Assembly: GCA_050084985.1 (NCBI GenBank)
Contig: JBITNC010000001.1
Coordinates: 73,966,001 to 74,030,000, forward strand
Source of the DNA: Nageia nagi
Lineage: Eukaryota > Plantae > Pinophyta
DNA length: 64,000 nucleotides
Direction of reading: 5' to 3'
This document shows positions 30,105 to 42,274 of this stretch, piece after piece (within the stretch, counting starts at the first letter, position 1; each line of letters opens with the position of its first letter). Under the pieces are notes generated by a model. It saw only the letters and a program-made list of their open reading frames with translations. It searched no databases and was not told the DNA's origin. The position numbers and the translations under genes were made by a program.

Positions 30105-30290
30105 TAGGCAATCATCTATGCAATGACACTCACATTTTTTTTGTGAGATTGCATAAATGATCATCAGTAAGATTGCACTAATGATCATCTATTTCATTAC
30201 ATAGAGTATCATCAATGTAATTGCATAGATAATCATATATGTCACTATATAGGCAATCATGTATATGTACATTGAGTTTGACCATCTATC
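30105..30290. repeat. 24-bp-period array 3, core (G/A)ATGATCATC
   Basis: Cores at 30156, 30180, 30204, 30228, 30252. Confidence 0.75.
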
Positions 30291-30299
30291 CAAAAACTT

Positions 30300-31619
30300 C
30301 TCTAAGGTATTTTATGTTATTCAAAGAAAGAATGATTACTTGAGGAAGACGTATTGTATTATGGTGATTGTTCAACTTCATTATCATCATCATAAATATT
30401 GATTTGATTATTTTATTTATTTAAAGGATATAGGCTATTAATGTGGTATGACAAAAAAGAATTTTTTGTATAATTGAAGATGACTTATGCATTTTTCCTA
30501 AGGTGAACCGAATTTCCCCTTGGGAATCTCCCATATCTTTAGGCTATTTTCCTCTAATTGCATATTGTCTACAAAAGGTTGAATTTGTTGCTTTTCTTTA
30601 CATTAAAGATAAATAAAAATTTTAATGAAACAAAAATCATTTTAGTTAGATTCTTCAATTCAATAATACAATTAACATATAAATTAAAATAAAGAAAAAT
30701 ATATTCAATTACCTACACTTCCTCTTCAATAAGTGCCAATGATTTCAACTAACTATGAGAAATTATTAGAGGTGGAGTATTTTGCAAGCTATAAAAAGCA
30801 TCATAGTATAATGCAAGCAAATAATTACAACTAGACAAGTATACATTTTGAGAGCTTGATATATTTTATAATGGAAATATCAACTCTAATCCTATTTAAA
30901 ATGTAGGAGCTCTAATCAAATTTTTTATACTCAATACATCAAAAAATGTAATAAATACCCCAAAATGAAATATCCAAAGCTCTACCTAGTAGAACTAGCC
31001 TAAAAGAATTATATGAAAACCTTCATTAAAGGGTTCTGAACATCTTGCATACAAAGGCCTCTTCTTAAGGGATTGTGGCCAACTATACAAAATCATACTA
31101 CATCATGAATTATGCTAGGAAACTAAGGAAAATTATAAAATAGATATTAAAAATTAAGAGTACGTGTTAAAATCATAATAAATTAAAATGAGACTTGATA
31201 AACTAAAACCCTTTCACCTATCAAACATTTCACCTAGATACCATAGTTTGTTTCCATATGTATTTTATTTTTATCATTTAAAAGAGTCACCTTTGTATTG
31301 ATAGGCTCCTCAACATTCTTTAATAATAGACATGTCAACCTATGTACATTAGAGGGTCTAACAAAGAATAAATAAGATTTACCATGTACCATCATTGTTA
31401 CAATTGAATTTAATTATTAAACATGTTAACAATCATATCCAAAAGAGGAATATCATTTGAAAACATGCCCATTGAAACCAATAGCATAAGGCTAGATTCT
31501 TGCAACCAACTTAAGTCATATCTAGCAATGGTCTAAATCTCTAAAATTTGAGAGAAAATAATATTCTTGTAACTATACAATGCTAGTTGAGCTAAGGTGG
31601 CAACATTGGATGTTGACAT
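30300..31619 (-). pseudogene. hAT cargo gene B: decayed multi-exon gene with a PMD-like N-terminus
   Basis: TATAAAT at about 31663-31657; ATG at 31619; MSTSNV...WLQESSLMLLVSMGMFSNDIPLLDMIVNMF; donor-like gtaaatc at about 31382 and gtaattg at about 30712. Confidence 0.45.
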
Positions 31620-31876
31620 AGTGGTCCTATGTAGTGAGGAATTGAGGAAAGGGAGGATTTATAATGTAGGAGGGCAAGGAAAAATTTGAAAAGTTGCATG
31701 GGGAAAGGAGGGACAAGGGGGTATAGAGGGAACTAGAAATCTAGAGATTTAGAGCATTGAAATGAGGTGAAAATGACCCATAGAAGGCATTTTATAATAC
31801 TTGATAAGTGTTAATATTTATTATGTACAATTACATTTAGTTCCTTTTTTCAATGAGTCATTTTATTTGGAACACA

Positions 31877-32345
31877 GATGATCGATAATGCAAATATGTT
31901 GATGATCATTTGCATAAAAGTGCAAATGATCATCTGTATAAAAGTGTAGATGGTTGTTTACACTTTTATACATATGATCATCTGCACTTTTATATGAACT
32001 ATCATCTATACTTTTATATAGATCATCATTTGTAAAAAAGTACAGATGATCATTTATATAAAAGTGTAGATGATAGTTTACACTTTTATACAAATGATCA
32101 TCTATACTTTTCTACAAATGATTATTTTCACTCTTATGTAAATGATTATTAGTGCCAACATGCTAATAATCATTTGCATAAAAGTTTATATGATCATCTC
32201 TAGCAATGTGCAAATGATCATCTACCCTTTTATTTAGATAATTATCTGCACTAATGTGTTGATGATCATCTACATTTGTGTGCAATTAATCATATTTATG
32301 AAATATTAAACAATCATCACCATAGATGAGATATGAATCATCTAT
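31877..32345. repeat. 24-bp-period array 4: 16-bp palindrome GCAGATGATCATCTGC plus 8-bp spacer in both orientations
   Basis: Exact 24-bp phase from 31877 to 32261 (17 units); spacers ATAAAAGT or ACTTTTAT. Confidence 0.92.
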
Positions 32346-32551
32346 CTTTAAGAATCAATTGTCATTATTTCATAAAACTAAAAAATAATATATATTGCAA
32401 AAAATTTACAACTTTTTTAAAAAATAATTGATTTTGCCACTTACCCTTCATGATTTTCAAAAACTTTTCACTATAACTTTGAATAATGTTCACCAAATTT
32501 TGAAAAAAACATTTCTCCATTGTTCATTATCATAATTCTAGTTTTATCTAA

Positions 32552-34453
32552 CCAAGTGTGTCCCTATAGGGTGTATTAGTCCTATTTGTTAACAAGAAAG
32601 ATGGTATAGTGAGGTTGTGTATTGACTACCATATTTTGAATAAATTGAGAATAAAAAATTATTATCCTCTTGCATGAATCAATGATCTGTTTAATCAATT
32701 GAAAGATGCATGTATGTTTTAAAAGATTTATCTTAGTTTTGGCTATCATAAGTTAAATATTAAGGACCATGATACTTTTAAAATAGCATTCCAAACTAGG
32801 TATGGGCACTTTGAATTCACTATCTTACCTTTTAGCTTAACAAATTCTCCAACAACTTTCATGAATATGATGAATAGAATCTTTAATGATTTTCTAGATA
32901 CATTTGTATTAGTATTTCTAGATAATATATTGATATATTTAAATAACAAAGAGTAACATGATAGAAACCTAAATTTAGTTCTCCAAGTTCTAAGGAACAT
33001 TAGCTTTATTGTAAGATATAGAAATGTGAATTTTATACCCCTTAAATTCAATATATTGGGCATATTATATCTATATGGGGTCTAATTATTGATCCCAAAC
33101 ATGTGAATTTGTTATGGATTATGGATAAAATTCATAATCTCATGAGGCTTGTTGGATACTATCAAAAAATTGTTACAAATTTTTTGAAGGTAGCATATCC
33201 CATAACTCAACTTTAGAGAAAAGGGAATAAGTTTTTATGGATTGATAAGTGTCAATAAACTTTTGTTCTTTTGAAATATAAATTGAATTCAACTCCAATA
33301 CTTAATCTTCCAAATCTATAGAAAAAATTCACTATGTGTATGGTTACATGTATGGAGGGGTTAGGTGGTGTGCTTACACTAGAATGATTGATCATTGCCT
33401 ATGAGTCTCAGAAACTTAAATATCATAAGAAAAAATACCCTAATCATAACTTAGGGTTAGCAACTATTATTGATTATCTTAAAATATGGAAACATTATCT
33501 CTTAATATGATCCTTATTTCTAAATACATATCATCTTAGCCTTTAATATCTATTTACCTAGCCTACCCTAAATACTAGTAAATATTATTAGATGGAGTTC
33601 TTTGTGGAGTATGATATGCAAATAGATAATATAAAGGGAAAGGAAAATAAATTTGTTGATGATTTGAGTAGAAAAAGGCATACTTTGAATTCTATATATA
33701 GATACAAATTAGATTTGGAAGATAGGATCTTCAAATATCAAAGAAAATATATCTTATGTTTAAACTAAAGGGAAATAATTCAACATAGGAAGCATAAAGG
33801 TTTTCTAGTTAGGGAAGATGGATTGCTTTATTTCGGTAAGAGATTAGTTATTTCTCTACAAGAAAATTGAAGAAATAAAATCATGTATGAGTTTTGCTTC
33901 ACTCCCTTTCTATTCACCCCTAAATAAACAAAATAAGGGAAAATATTAAGAAACATTACTACAGACATGGTATGAAAAGATACATTATGGAGTATATAGT
34001 TATATGTCTTAAATTTAAGAGGGTAAAAACCAAAAAAAATTAGCCATGCAAGTAGATTTCATCCCCATAAAAGGTTCCAATTTAGAGTGATAGTTTATTA
34101 GCATGGATTTTATCATAGGGTTACCAAGAACCAAATTTCAGGATGACTCTATCTTTGTGATTATTGATAGACTCACATAAGTAGCTTATTTTATACCTGA
34201 TAATACTACATATGATGCTATTATGATTAATAAAAAGTTTGAGGGAGATTTTTTGGTTGTATGGAATTCTTGAAAAAATAGTATCTAATTATGATAATAA
34301 ATTTACCTCATAATTATAGAAAACTATCCATAAGAATGTTGGAACTAAATTAAACTTTAGCTCAGCTTACAGTCCTAAGACTGATGACCAAAATGAAAGG
34401 GTTAATCAAATACTTAAGAATATGCTTTGGATGTATTGCATGAATATTCCTAA
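32552..34453 (+). pseudogene. Gypsy RT, RNase H and integrase (resumed)
   Basis: [21 protein letters not shown]; FVLVFLDNILIY; IAYESQKL; ISMDFIIGLPRT; PKTD.QNERVNQILKNML..YCM. Confidence 0.92.
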
Positions 34454-35420
34454 TGAAGGAATTAGACCTACTCTAATTCTCAAGGTCCAAGACTAGGAAA
34501 CTCAATCATTCAACATAACACCATTCACACAAGATAACACAAATATAATGTGGTTCCTCCCTCCTTTGGAGTACATCCATAACTAGTTCTCTATTCTCAA
34601 TCTATGCACCTCTTACTACAATTCTCTTCCTCTCCTACACAAACTAGTAGAGTAATCTTACTCCAAAAACTTAGTTGTGTTACAAGAGGAGAGGCCCTCT
34701 ATTTATAGCTTGAGAGCACCTCCCTAACCTCCCTTTAACCCAAGGGTAAGGTTAGGGTTACAATAAATGTATCACCTAACTTTAACCTACCAACTAACCC
34801 CATGGTAAGGTTAAAGTCCACACATAATAAAGAATTCAATTAATCCCTTAAGGTATCTACATATCCTTTAAGTGATTAATTGAATTTACAAAGAGTTTAG
34901 ATATTCACAATATTTCATTACAAATTCTAACACTCCCCCTTAATGCAATATTGGGATAGAGCTTAGAAGAGAGAAGAGAGAGAGTAAGAGAGAGTTCTCC
35001 TCCATAGAGATACAAGTGGAGATGAGAACATTTACATATTTGAGAATCTTTTTGAGAACTAGTATGAGACTCACTACATTACCATTTGACAAAATGGTTT
35101 ACAATACAATCATTAACCACAACTAGTTTCACTGTACATAGTAGTCGATCAACTTTAAGCTGACATGTGAGTCTCCATGAGCTTGCTTACATAAGGTGAG
35201 TAACCTACATTTTTGAAGAAGATCCTGCATGCTACAAGCAACTCATGAATAAAATTAGTTAGATGCATCATATATTCAAATAAGAGAATCAAATAATGCC
35301 ATCTTATAAATAACTAATCAATGGTGCACTATAAGTCATCACAGAGATGCCAAGCCATCACTCATAGTCACCTGTTGTATATAAACATGTGTTGATTATT
35401 AATAGAGCATAAAAATTATA

Positions 35421-35915
35421 TGAGTTTCTCATGCAGAGTAAACTCACAATGGAGGTATAGAATGTACAACAAGTTCCTCACATAGAGCGAACTTACCATG
35501 GAGGTATATTAATTATATGCTCAAAAAATTGTACAACAAGTTTGTCACGTAGAGCAAACTTACCACGAAGGTGTAAAATGTACAAGTTTGTCATGTAGAG
35601 CAAACTTACCATAGAGGTGTAAACTGTATAACAAGTTTGTCATGCAGAGCAAACTTACCACGGAGGTATAAAATGTACAAGTTTGTCACGTAGAGCAAAC
35701 TTACCATGGAGGTATAAAAATGTACAACAAGTTTGTCATGTAGAGAAAACTTACCATGAAGGTATAAAATGTACAAAAAGTTTGTCACATAGAGCAAACT
35801 TACCATGGAGGTATAAAAATGTACAACAAGTTTGTCACGCAGAGCAAACTTACCATGGAGGTATAAAAATGTACAACAAGTTTGTCACGTAGAGCAAACT
35901 TACCACGGAGGTATA
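35421..35915. repeat. 46-50-bp tandem array (about 10 copies) in the Copia 3' UTR
   Basis: Unit gtacaacAAGTTTGtcacgtagagCAAACTTaccatggaggtataaaat, repeated at 35531, 35580, 35626, 35675, 35722, 35771, 35821, 35871 and elsewhere. Confidence 0.95.
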
Positions 35916-35989
35916 TCATAATCAACACATGCTATACAACAACAACAAAAGAGCCTCTTAGAGGTGAAGTTTTCATCACTAACAAAAGT

Positions 35990-38900
35990 TCAAACTTCAC
36001 TCCCCCTTGAGGGCAACTTCACCAACCCGAGAGAATCCCTAAGCTTGCTAAACTGAGCTTCAGGAAGGGGCTTGGTGAATAAATCAATAGAGTTTTCAAT
36101 AGATGGACAATACTCCAAGTGTATGATGTCATCTAGAACCTTCTCTCTGATAAAATGGGCTTGGATTTCCACATGTTTGGTTCTCTGATGGAACACAGGA
36201 TTCTTAGCTAAAGAGATAGCTAATTGATTGTTTGAAGAAATAAGAGATGGGCTATTTTGCTTATACCCGATTTCATTCAGAAGATGCCTCAGCCAAATAG
36301 CTTCTTTGGTGGCAACAAACATGGCTTGATATTCAGCTTTAGTGGTAGAAAGAGTCACAGTAGGTTACTTCTTGGAAGTCCAAGAGATAGCACATGAACC
36401 AATGCTGAACACATATGTAGAGGTTGATTTTCTGTCATTTCTATCTCCCCCATAATCAAAATCTAAGAACCCAAAGAGAATAATTGAGGGCACTTTGGAA
36501 TACTTAAGAGCAAGATCCTTTGTCCCTGCCACATACGTCAAGATTTGCTTAATAGCATTGAGGTGTTCAACATATGGTTTTTGCATGAATTGTGCCATCA
36601 AATTCACTGCAAAGGCAATATCAGGTCAAGAGATAGTCAGATATAGAAGACTACCAATCAATTACCTATAAGCTGTAGCATCAGCCAACTAAGAATCTGA
36701 GCTCAGAGATACAATGATTCTAGGAGAAATAGGTATTGCAGCATATCTACACTCCTCCATTCCAAACTTTTGCAAGATGTCTGATATATACTTAGATTGA
36801 CTAAGATAAGTACAATCTTTGTGTTGGTATACTTGCATCCCAAGATAGTAATGCAATAGACCTAAATCAGTCATTTCAAATGTTACCTTTAGTTTGGATA
36901 TGCACTCTTGGATGATTTCAATATTATTTCTAGTTATGAGAAGATCATCCACATAAAGGAGAATTAAGACCATGTCTTTTCCTTGATTGAGTACATAGAG
37001 ATTGAGTTAGAGAAGCACTTGGAAAAACCAATATCTGCAAAGAATCCTAAAATTTTCTTGTACCATGCTCTAGGTGCTTACTTAAGTCCATACAATGACT
37101 TCTTTAGCTTGCACACAAGAGACTCTTTTCCTTCTGGAATAAATCCTTCTGGTTGATTCATGTAGATTTCTACATCCAAGTCACCATTGAGAAATGCACT
37201 CTTGACATCAAGTTGAAAAAATTTCCATCCTTGAGCTGTAGAAAGAGTAAGGATTATCCTAACAGTAGGCATCTTGGCCACAAGAGCAAAGGTTTCCTCA
37301 TAATCAATACCATATTTCTGAGTGAATCCTTTGGCCACGAACCTTGCTTTGTATTTTTCAATTTCTCCATCAAAATTGTACTTGACCTTGTATATCCATT
37401 TAGTTCCAATCACATTTTTCTTATTGGGATAAGGAACCAAATCCCAAGTTTCATTTTTCATGAGTGCCTCATACTCAACTTTCATAGCTTCCATCCAACA
37501 CTCTTACTTGGAAGCTTCTTTGAAGGTTGATGGCTCATTCGTATTATCAATTTTGGCAAATAAGGATTTATTCAAGGTCATACTCCTTGTAATTCTTTGA
37601 GCTGGAGAATTTTGCTCTTGTGGTGACTTCCTTACATGATCATACAACTAGTTAGGTGCATGTGAAGAATCATCTAAATCAGACACCTCAGCATGAGAAG
37701 TCATATCCTCAGGAAGTTCATTGAACTTGACATCCCTAGAAATAAAGATTGTTTTATGGGATGAGGAGTAGAGCCTATAACCACTATGCTGATTATCATA
37801 CCCCACAAAGATGCATTTTTCTGATCTTTTATCTAGCTTCTTTCTTTTCTCTGAGGTAATGAAGGCAAATGCATCACAACTGAAGACCCTAAAGTGTGAT
37901 ATGTTAGGTTTCTTTCCTGTCCATGCTTCATATAGAGTTTTACCTTCAATTGCTTTAGTAGGAAACCTATTTAGGGTGTGAATAGCAGTGTGAATAGCTT
38001 CTCCCCATAAGAAACTAGGAAGGTTACCCAACATGCATCTTGCCATTTCCATAATGGTGCGATTCTTCCTTTCAGCAACTCCATTTTGCTGAGGGGTGTA
38101 AGGGATTGTGAATTGCCACTTGCTCCCATGTTTAACACAATAGTCAGTAAACTCATTGCTATTATACTCACCCCCATTATCAGATCTCAGCATCTTGATC
38201 TTAAAATCAATTTGATTTTCAACAAGAGCCTTGAAGTATTTAAACCTATCAAAAGTTTGATCCTTGTGCTCAAGTAGATAACCAAATGTCATCCTACTGA
38301 AGTCATCAATGAAGGTCAAAACATAAGAAGCTCCCCCTAGAGACATAGTCTGAAACGGACCCATCAAATTTGAATGCACAAGCTGAAGAGGATGAGTAGC
38401 CTGAGTTGCCTTATCTTTTTCAAACTTTTGCCTATTCATCTTTCCTAGAATGCACCATAAGTTCTTGATTTTTCATATCTTGAATACTCTTGTGGTTAAG
38501 GTGCCCTAATCGTTGATGCCAAAGATTACCCTATAAACAAACATTTGCAGCAAGACACATCTTTGAAGGTACTTGATCCATAATATAAAGGTCATCCTTT
38601 ACTGATCTTTTCATCAAGGTGGCAAGTCCTTTCTTAAAACACCAGGATTGTGAGGTAAACTCAAATGAGTATCCTTTCCTTGTAATTTGAATTACGGAGA
38701 TAAGATTCATCCTTAGTTTAGGCACATAAAAGACATTATCAAGAGCCTTTCCATGAATCTTCACACTCCATATTCCTTGAACATCAAGGATTGTATTATC
38801 ACCTATTACAACTGTATCCTTCTTGTACTTATGAAAGTTTTCAAACTTATCCTTTTCATAACACATGGGATTAGTGCATCCTGAATCAACAATCCAATCA

Positions 38901-39841
38901 TTTGAAATAGTTTGAGTCATTGAGTAGTAGGCAACAGTAGCAACATGCTTGTTCTTCTTTTTATTATTGAAATTTCTCACATTTGCATTTCCCTTACCTT
39001 TTTGAGCAAATTTCTTTTTACGACAATCATACTCTTTGTGCCCAAAGATGCCATAGAAGTTACAATTTCTATTAAACTTTTCTTGAGGTGTTGGATTGCT
39101 TGATCCAGCTTTGTCATTCCTTTGCTTGAAGTTGCCATGCTTCCTGATGGTAGATGAGGATTTGTTATCTTTGAATTTATAATGTTTGAACTTCTTCTTG
39201 AAAGGAGTTTTGGTTGCTCTTAGAGAAATGCTATTATCCTTTGGAGAAAAGTTCAACATTTTCTTGATCAAAGTTTCCTCATGCTTCAAAAGGAGTCTAG
39301 AAAGGTTGTCAAGAGAGATGACATCTTCTTCATCATCGAGCCTAGTCTCCATAATTATGACAAAGTTACTAAACTTTGTATAAAGGCTTTGAAGAATGAT
39401 GAAGACCATGAACTCATCATTGATCCAGTTGCACCCACAGCCAACCAGTTGTGTCCTAAGGTTAATGATTTTGTTCAAGTAGATAGAAGCACTTTCATCT
39501 TCACCTTAACAATATTGCAACAACTTTTGTAAAATGGTGAACCTCCTTGAAAATTTTGACCCAAGGTAAATTTTCTTCAGCCTATCCCAAGCTTCCTTTG
39601 CTGATGTTGAAGAAGAGATCATGAGAAGGATGTCATCTGAGACTGCACGATAGATCATTGAAGTTGCTAACTCATTCTTTGAGTTGTAGATTTCAAGAGT
39701 CTTCTCATCTGTAGGAGTGACCATATCTTCATTAACTATCTACCATAGCTTCCTTGCTTGTAACTCAGCTCTCATACGAGGTTCCCATATGTCAAAGTTG
39801 GAACCATCGAGTATATGCTTGGGTATGAAGGTTTGAACCAT
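35990..39841 (-). pseudogene. Copia gag-pol (UBN2 gag, zinc knuckle, protease, integrase, RT, RNase H), broken by a few stops and frameshifts
   Basis: WIVDSGCTNPM; TFIDDFSR, SDNGGEY, PQQNGVAERKNR; DVKSAFLNG; LYVDDLL; HQRTKHVE in the ORF track. Confidence 0.96.
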
Positions 39842-42102
39842 TGCTACACAAAAGTAAATATGCAATAAGTATGAAAATTTTTACAATTTACCATCTATAC
39901 AAATCAAACATAAGTAAACATGTCCCACATGTGCAAACTTATAAACCAAGATTCGTAGAAGGATAAAGTTGGGGTTGTTTTCTTATATAGAATTAGGCCT
40001 TCACCTGGATGCCTGCAAGGTGGAGCCTAGGTACTACCAGTCTTCAACCAGTTCACCTTGGTCAGTAATATACTCTCACAAGGAGAAGTACCAACTATTT
40101 TCCAAGGATTTGACGTATCTTGGACCGGCCATTTTAATTATCTTTTTAAGGTTTTTAGTTTTCCTCCTAGTTTATCAGGATAATCCCTAAATAGATGTGC
40201 AGACATGTGGTATCACTACACACATGCCTATCCACCTAATAGAGTTATGTCCAATGAAATAGAGGTCTTAGGGGCAATTAAGATGGACTTACCACCACTT
40301 GGCTCTTCGGACTAAAAGGGCTCTAGTCTACCCTATCCTCCCCTTATGGCTCCCCAAATAAGTCATGTTGTGGAAAAGTACGTGCAGATGTGTTCATTTT
40401 AGGGGTTACTTCCAATATTTGCATTTTGCAAGTATAAAGCAATTGTGCAAAAATATAAAGTAAAGTAAAAATACATCATCCACACAAACTTGAAAAATCT
40501 TAAAAATCCAATGGGTTTTGTACTAACCCCTAAAGGACATTTTACATTTTGCATACTTTGCTCAATTTCATAAATTCATTCAATCATTTTAATGAATTTT
40601 AAAGAAAGACTAAGTCCTACTTAGCATTAATCCATAACTTAAACATGCATTATTCCATGACTTAAAATTAAGTAATAAATATGCATCATGCATTATTTAA
40701 CTTAAAATTTTAAGTACTAAGCATGCTTTATTCCTCAAACAAGATTAAGAGGCATGCATTACAAGTTTAGCATGCAAGATCTAGATAAAGTTTTAAGTAA
40801 AAATTATACAAATTCCCCCCTTTTCACTTAAATTTTTATCCCTAAAAACCTGTATGCTAAAAATTGTCTTTTAAGTATGCATTTTAAGTAAAAAATTCCC
40901 TTATTTACTTAAAAAATTGCATGTGCACCTTAAAAATGCAATTTTGAATATAAAAAAAATAACATACTTAGATTACCTTAGCAAATTTTTACTAAGAATG
41001 TTTTACCTAAGTAAATTACCATGCTAAGAGGTTGGCATTCTAGAAATTGCTTGTGCACCTTCGTAAATTAAACATACAATATTAAAAATATTCTAAGCAT
41101 TTTTAAAAGGTAAGCTAAGTTTAACTTATTTTTGACCTTATTGTAGAAATAAGTTAAAAATATTCACTACTTACCAAGTCTCCAAGAATTAAATGGAAAA
41201 AGAAGGAGACCCATACCCCTACTTCATGCATATTTAATGCTTCTTTTATTTCAAGCACTCCAAAATACTTCAAGTCAAAAAAAATAAATGCATATAGGTA
41301 AAGTAGTGATGGCTACCCTTCCCTTACCAAGAAGGAGTATACGTTGCCTCTTAGGAGTAATTAAACAAGGACATAAAAATAAAACTCCCTCCTTAGTTGG
41401 TAAAAAAAATTAAATGCATGTTTGTACTTAAAAGGATGACCCCCCCTTTTTTCTTCTACCAAGAAGAGCATACATTGCTTCTTTGAAAGTGCATTTAGTC
41501 AACAAAAAATTAATGTTCAAGGGGTTTGGTTGGGTCCTTAAGACTTAGGTGGTAAAACAAGGAAAAAATCAAATCCCCTTTCTAGTTGGTAAAACAAAAT
41601 TGTATGCTCAACAACTACTATGGAAAAAAAAATGGAAAGGTGGCGTGAGTAGAAGGGAGGTGATGGTGGCCATGTGTAGAAGCATAGGCAATGGAGGCGG
41701 TAAGTCCAAGGTCTATAATGATAGGGCCATCTTTTCTCAAAGCATTTCAAATTTCTAGAACTCCTCCAAGAGTGACAAGCTACCAAAGAACAGGAGATAT
41801 TGCTTGAGGAAGAACTTGTATATATTTTTTTAATGTTATTAATGCTAGCTATATATCTAACAAATGATGCATGCACCAAATATACAGGCCAACTAAAGAT
41901 CTAGCCCAAGCAACGTGAGTGGAGGGAGAAGGGAAAGGAGGTGCTTGCATAGAAAGTGATGATGGTCTAGACTCAGAGGCCTGGTGAATGTTCAGGGTTT
42001 GAAACCTGGCAACGATCTAGTAGCAAAGTAGACATGTGGGGAAGTTTTACAGGATGCAGGTTATAGCTGTTGGGATGTCAAAAAGCAACTATCATGGGTG
42101 AA

Positions 42103-42274
42103 CTTATCTTTGCCATGCACATCAGTTTTCACAAGATTTGAATAGAACTCTTTAAAAACCTTTGCCATCCTTGAGGGTTTCAAGAATGTCAATGAAAGCA
42201 ACTCTAAGTGCCTCATTCCTCTGCATCAAAAGTGCAATGTCAGCAGCCTCTGGTTTATGCTATTCTTTCTATTT
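42103..42274 (-). pseudogene. Captured fragment of a callose synthase gene (CalS9/CalS10, GSL10/GSL8-like)
   Basis: K*KE*HKPEAADIALLMQRNEALRVAFIDILETLKDGK/FKEFYSNLVKTDVHGKDK, which matches the glucan-synthase segment KPEA.DIALLMQRNEALR.A.ID...YSKLVKAD..GKDK; one frameshift. Confidence 0.9.

Larger units (their letters stand above)
14186..32551 (+). mobile_element. Large composite hAT-superfamily DNA transposon relic (about 9.7 kb after removing the nested LTR element)
   Basis: Interrupts Gypsy RT exactly between LLEKGLIQ and PSVSP. Contains a hAT transposase and related 24-bp arrays near both ends. Only degenerate TIR (attatg...gagaaat.ttt) and a possible 8-bp TSD tgatacaa/ttatctaa. Confidence 0.7.

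Noticed and set aside
31863-32093. 76-aa ORF with 8-aa periodicity
   Set aside because: By-product of the 24-bp palindromic array.
14515-32345. 24-bp arrays as CRISPR arrays
   Set aside because: Spacers are only about 8 bp and recurrent, there are no cas genes, and the context is eukaryotic TE DNA.
35606-35892. ORFs 35606-35806 and 35683-35892 as an env-like extra gene
   Set aside because: They are translations of the tandem array; unit length varies (46-50 bp) and does not preserve frame.
37153-39532. Plus-strand ORFs opposite the Copia pol
   Set aside because: Antisense shadows of the gag-pol frame with no motifs.
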